A DNA stretch of 64,000 nucleotides from an uncultured Gemmatimonadaceae bacterium (GTDB taxonomy: Bacteria; Gemmatimonadota; Gemmatimonadetes; Gemmatimonadales; Gemmatimonadaceae): positions 3,040,001 through 3,104,000 of the forward strand of contig CAWJMB010000002.1 of assembly GCA_963843845.1 (NCBI GenBank), in the 5' to 3' direction. How positions within the stretch are numbered: position 1 is the first letter of the stretch; every line of letters starts with the position of its first letter. Positions 62,890 to 64,000 of the stretch are shown here, piece after piece. The notes under the pieces are model-generated. The model was not told the DNA's origin. It searched no databases and was given only the letters and a program-made list of their open reading frames with translations. A program made the position numbers and the translations under genes.

Positions 62890-64000
62890 TCACTCGGGCA
62901 TCCCGAACGGATCCCCCGGCGGCGCCGCGAGCGCGCGCGTCAGGGCGGGCATCTCGCGCCGCGTGAGCCACCGCTCGCTGTCGCGCCCGATCTGCGTCCA
63001 GTGCGCGCGCGACTCCGCCGAGCCGGCGGCCGACGCGCGGCGTGCGCTCGTGCCGAGCTCCGTGAGCTTGAGGTCGGCCATCGCGCGGACCTCGGGTGAG
63101 GCGTTCGCGTCGGAGGCGAGCAGGAGCAGGCGGTCGAACAGCGCGCGTTGTGCGACTCGGCGCAGTGCGTCCGTCTGCCCGGAGCGGAGCGACGCGTCGC
63201 GCGACGACTCGGCCGCCCCATTGCTCGCCCAGCGGACGCTCCTCGACAGCCCGTCGATCGCCTCGGCGAGCGAGAGCTGGCGGCCGTCGAAGGCGTGCTG
63301 CTGCACGAGCCGCGCGGCGCGCTCGCGCTGCAACGTCAGGTCGACGAGCATCTGCGCGAGGGTGCGCGCGGCGCCCAACGCGTCGAACGACGGCGTCGTG
63401 CGCGTGCCGAACAGCTCCACGTTCGGCGTCACGGCGCCGGCGTTCGGTCCCAGCAGCGTGCGCACCGTGTCCGGGATCAGCAGCTCGGCCGGCGCGAGCG
63501 CCGCACCCAGCATCGCGAGCGCGCGCCGCTGCCGCGCGGCGTCGATCGGGCGCGTCGCCTGCTGGCCGTCGCCGCGCAGCGCATTCGCGTACTCCATCCC
63601 CCCGACGACGCGCGACAACGCGTTCGCCGCGAACCGGTGCATGAAGTAGACGGGGGCGAACCGCTCCTGCAGCAGCGCGAGCGGGTCGCCGGGGCGAATG
63701 ACGCGCTCGCCGAATCGCGCCATCGCGATCCGACGTACCGCCGACTGGGTCGAGAAGAACTCTTCTGCCGTCGCGCCGTCGTCCCACAGGTTCGTGCGCG
63801 GGTCGCTCCCCGACTCGGGGCGGGCATCGCCGTCGGAGAGATACAGGTAGCCGTTCCGGAGCCCGTCGGCGACGATCGCGCGCAGCGAGTCGGACTCGGT
63901 CGCGGGGGGGAAGATGCCGTACCCCCAGCGGATCGCCCACACGTCGTACGCTGCCGGGCCGATGCCGTACGCGTCGGCGATGTCGATGTCGCCGCGCGCG
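62890..64000 (-). CDS. C-terminal part of a second DUF4953-type zinc metalloprotease (5'-truncated by window edge)
   Basis: GPAAYDVWAIRWGY, YLSDGDAR, NLWDDG, APVYFMHR; RQRRAL matches the copy at 12970-15579. Confidence 0.75.
   Translation of the reverse strand, partial: ARGDIDIADAYGIGPAAYDVWAIRWGYGIFPPATESDSLRAIVADGLRNGYLYLSDGDARPESGSDPRTNLWDDGATAEEFFSTQSAVRRIAMARFGERVIRPGDPLALLQERFAPVYFMHRFAANALSRVVGGMEYANALRGDGQQATRPIDAARQRRALAMLGAALAPAELLIPDTVRTLLGPNAGAVTPNVELFGTRTTPSFDALGAARTLAQMLVDLTLQRERAARLVQQHAFDGRQLSLAEAIDGLSRSVRWASNGAAESSRDASLRSGQTDALRRVAQRALFDRLLLLASDANASPEVRAMADLKLTELGTSARRASAAGSAESRAHWTQIGRDSERWLTRREMPALTRALAAPPGDPFGMPE

Overview
A very GC-rich (roughly 70-75% by eye) bacterial chromosomal window. 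The gene set (PEP-CTERM protein, SusC/SusD pair, tandem Hanks kinases, M14, VPS10-like and DUF4953 proteins) suggests Gemmatimonadota; this is inference. I see about 44 protein-coding genes and no rRNA, tRNA, CRISPR array, transposase or prophage. Many genes in about 2.9-24.2 kb and 44-58 kb are broken by single-base indels, while 24.2-44 kb and 58.2-64 kb are clean. This fits long-read assembly error better than true pseudogenisation, so gene limits were stitched across frames by hand. Left half: PEP-CTERM protein, divergent DExH helicase, pfkA, M14 peptidase, orphan pseudopilin, hydrolases, Zn metalloprotease, two paralogous membrane Ser/Thr kinases, lon, PBP1A, nadE and an L,D-transpeptidase. 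Middle: an operon of VPS10/BNR hydrolase, SGNH-TPR, O-carbamoyltransferase and SxtJ-like genes. Its usual small partner (DUF5989/SxtK-like) sits on the opposite strand inside the next operon. Right: a ~22 kb LacI-controlled glycan locus (SusC/SusD, 2x GH2, 2x GH43, 2OG-Fe(II) dioxygenase, YtfQRT/YjfF-like ABC importer, galT, galK) with a visible twin operator, probably for galactofuranose/arabinofuranose glycans. It is followed by HNH, HIT and a second metalloprotease. Best leads: this glycan locus and its link to the carbamoyltransferase cassette, a dispersed coding-strand 8-mer CGTT(A/G)GGC, an apparent motif permutation in the helicase, and 11-bp phased arrays with an embedded long hairpin around lon.
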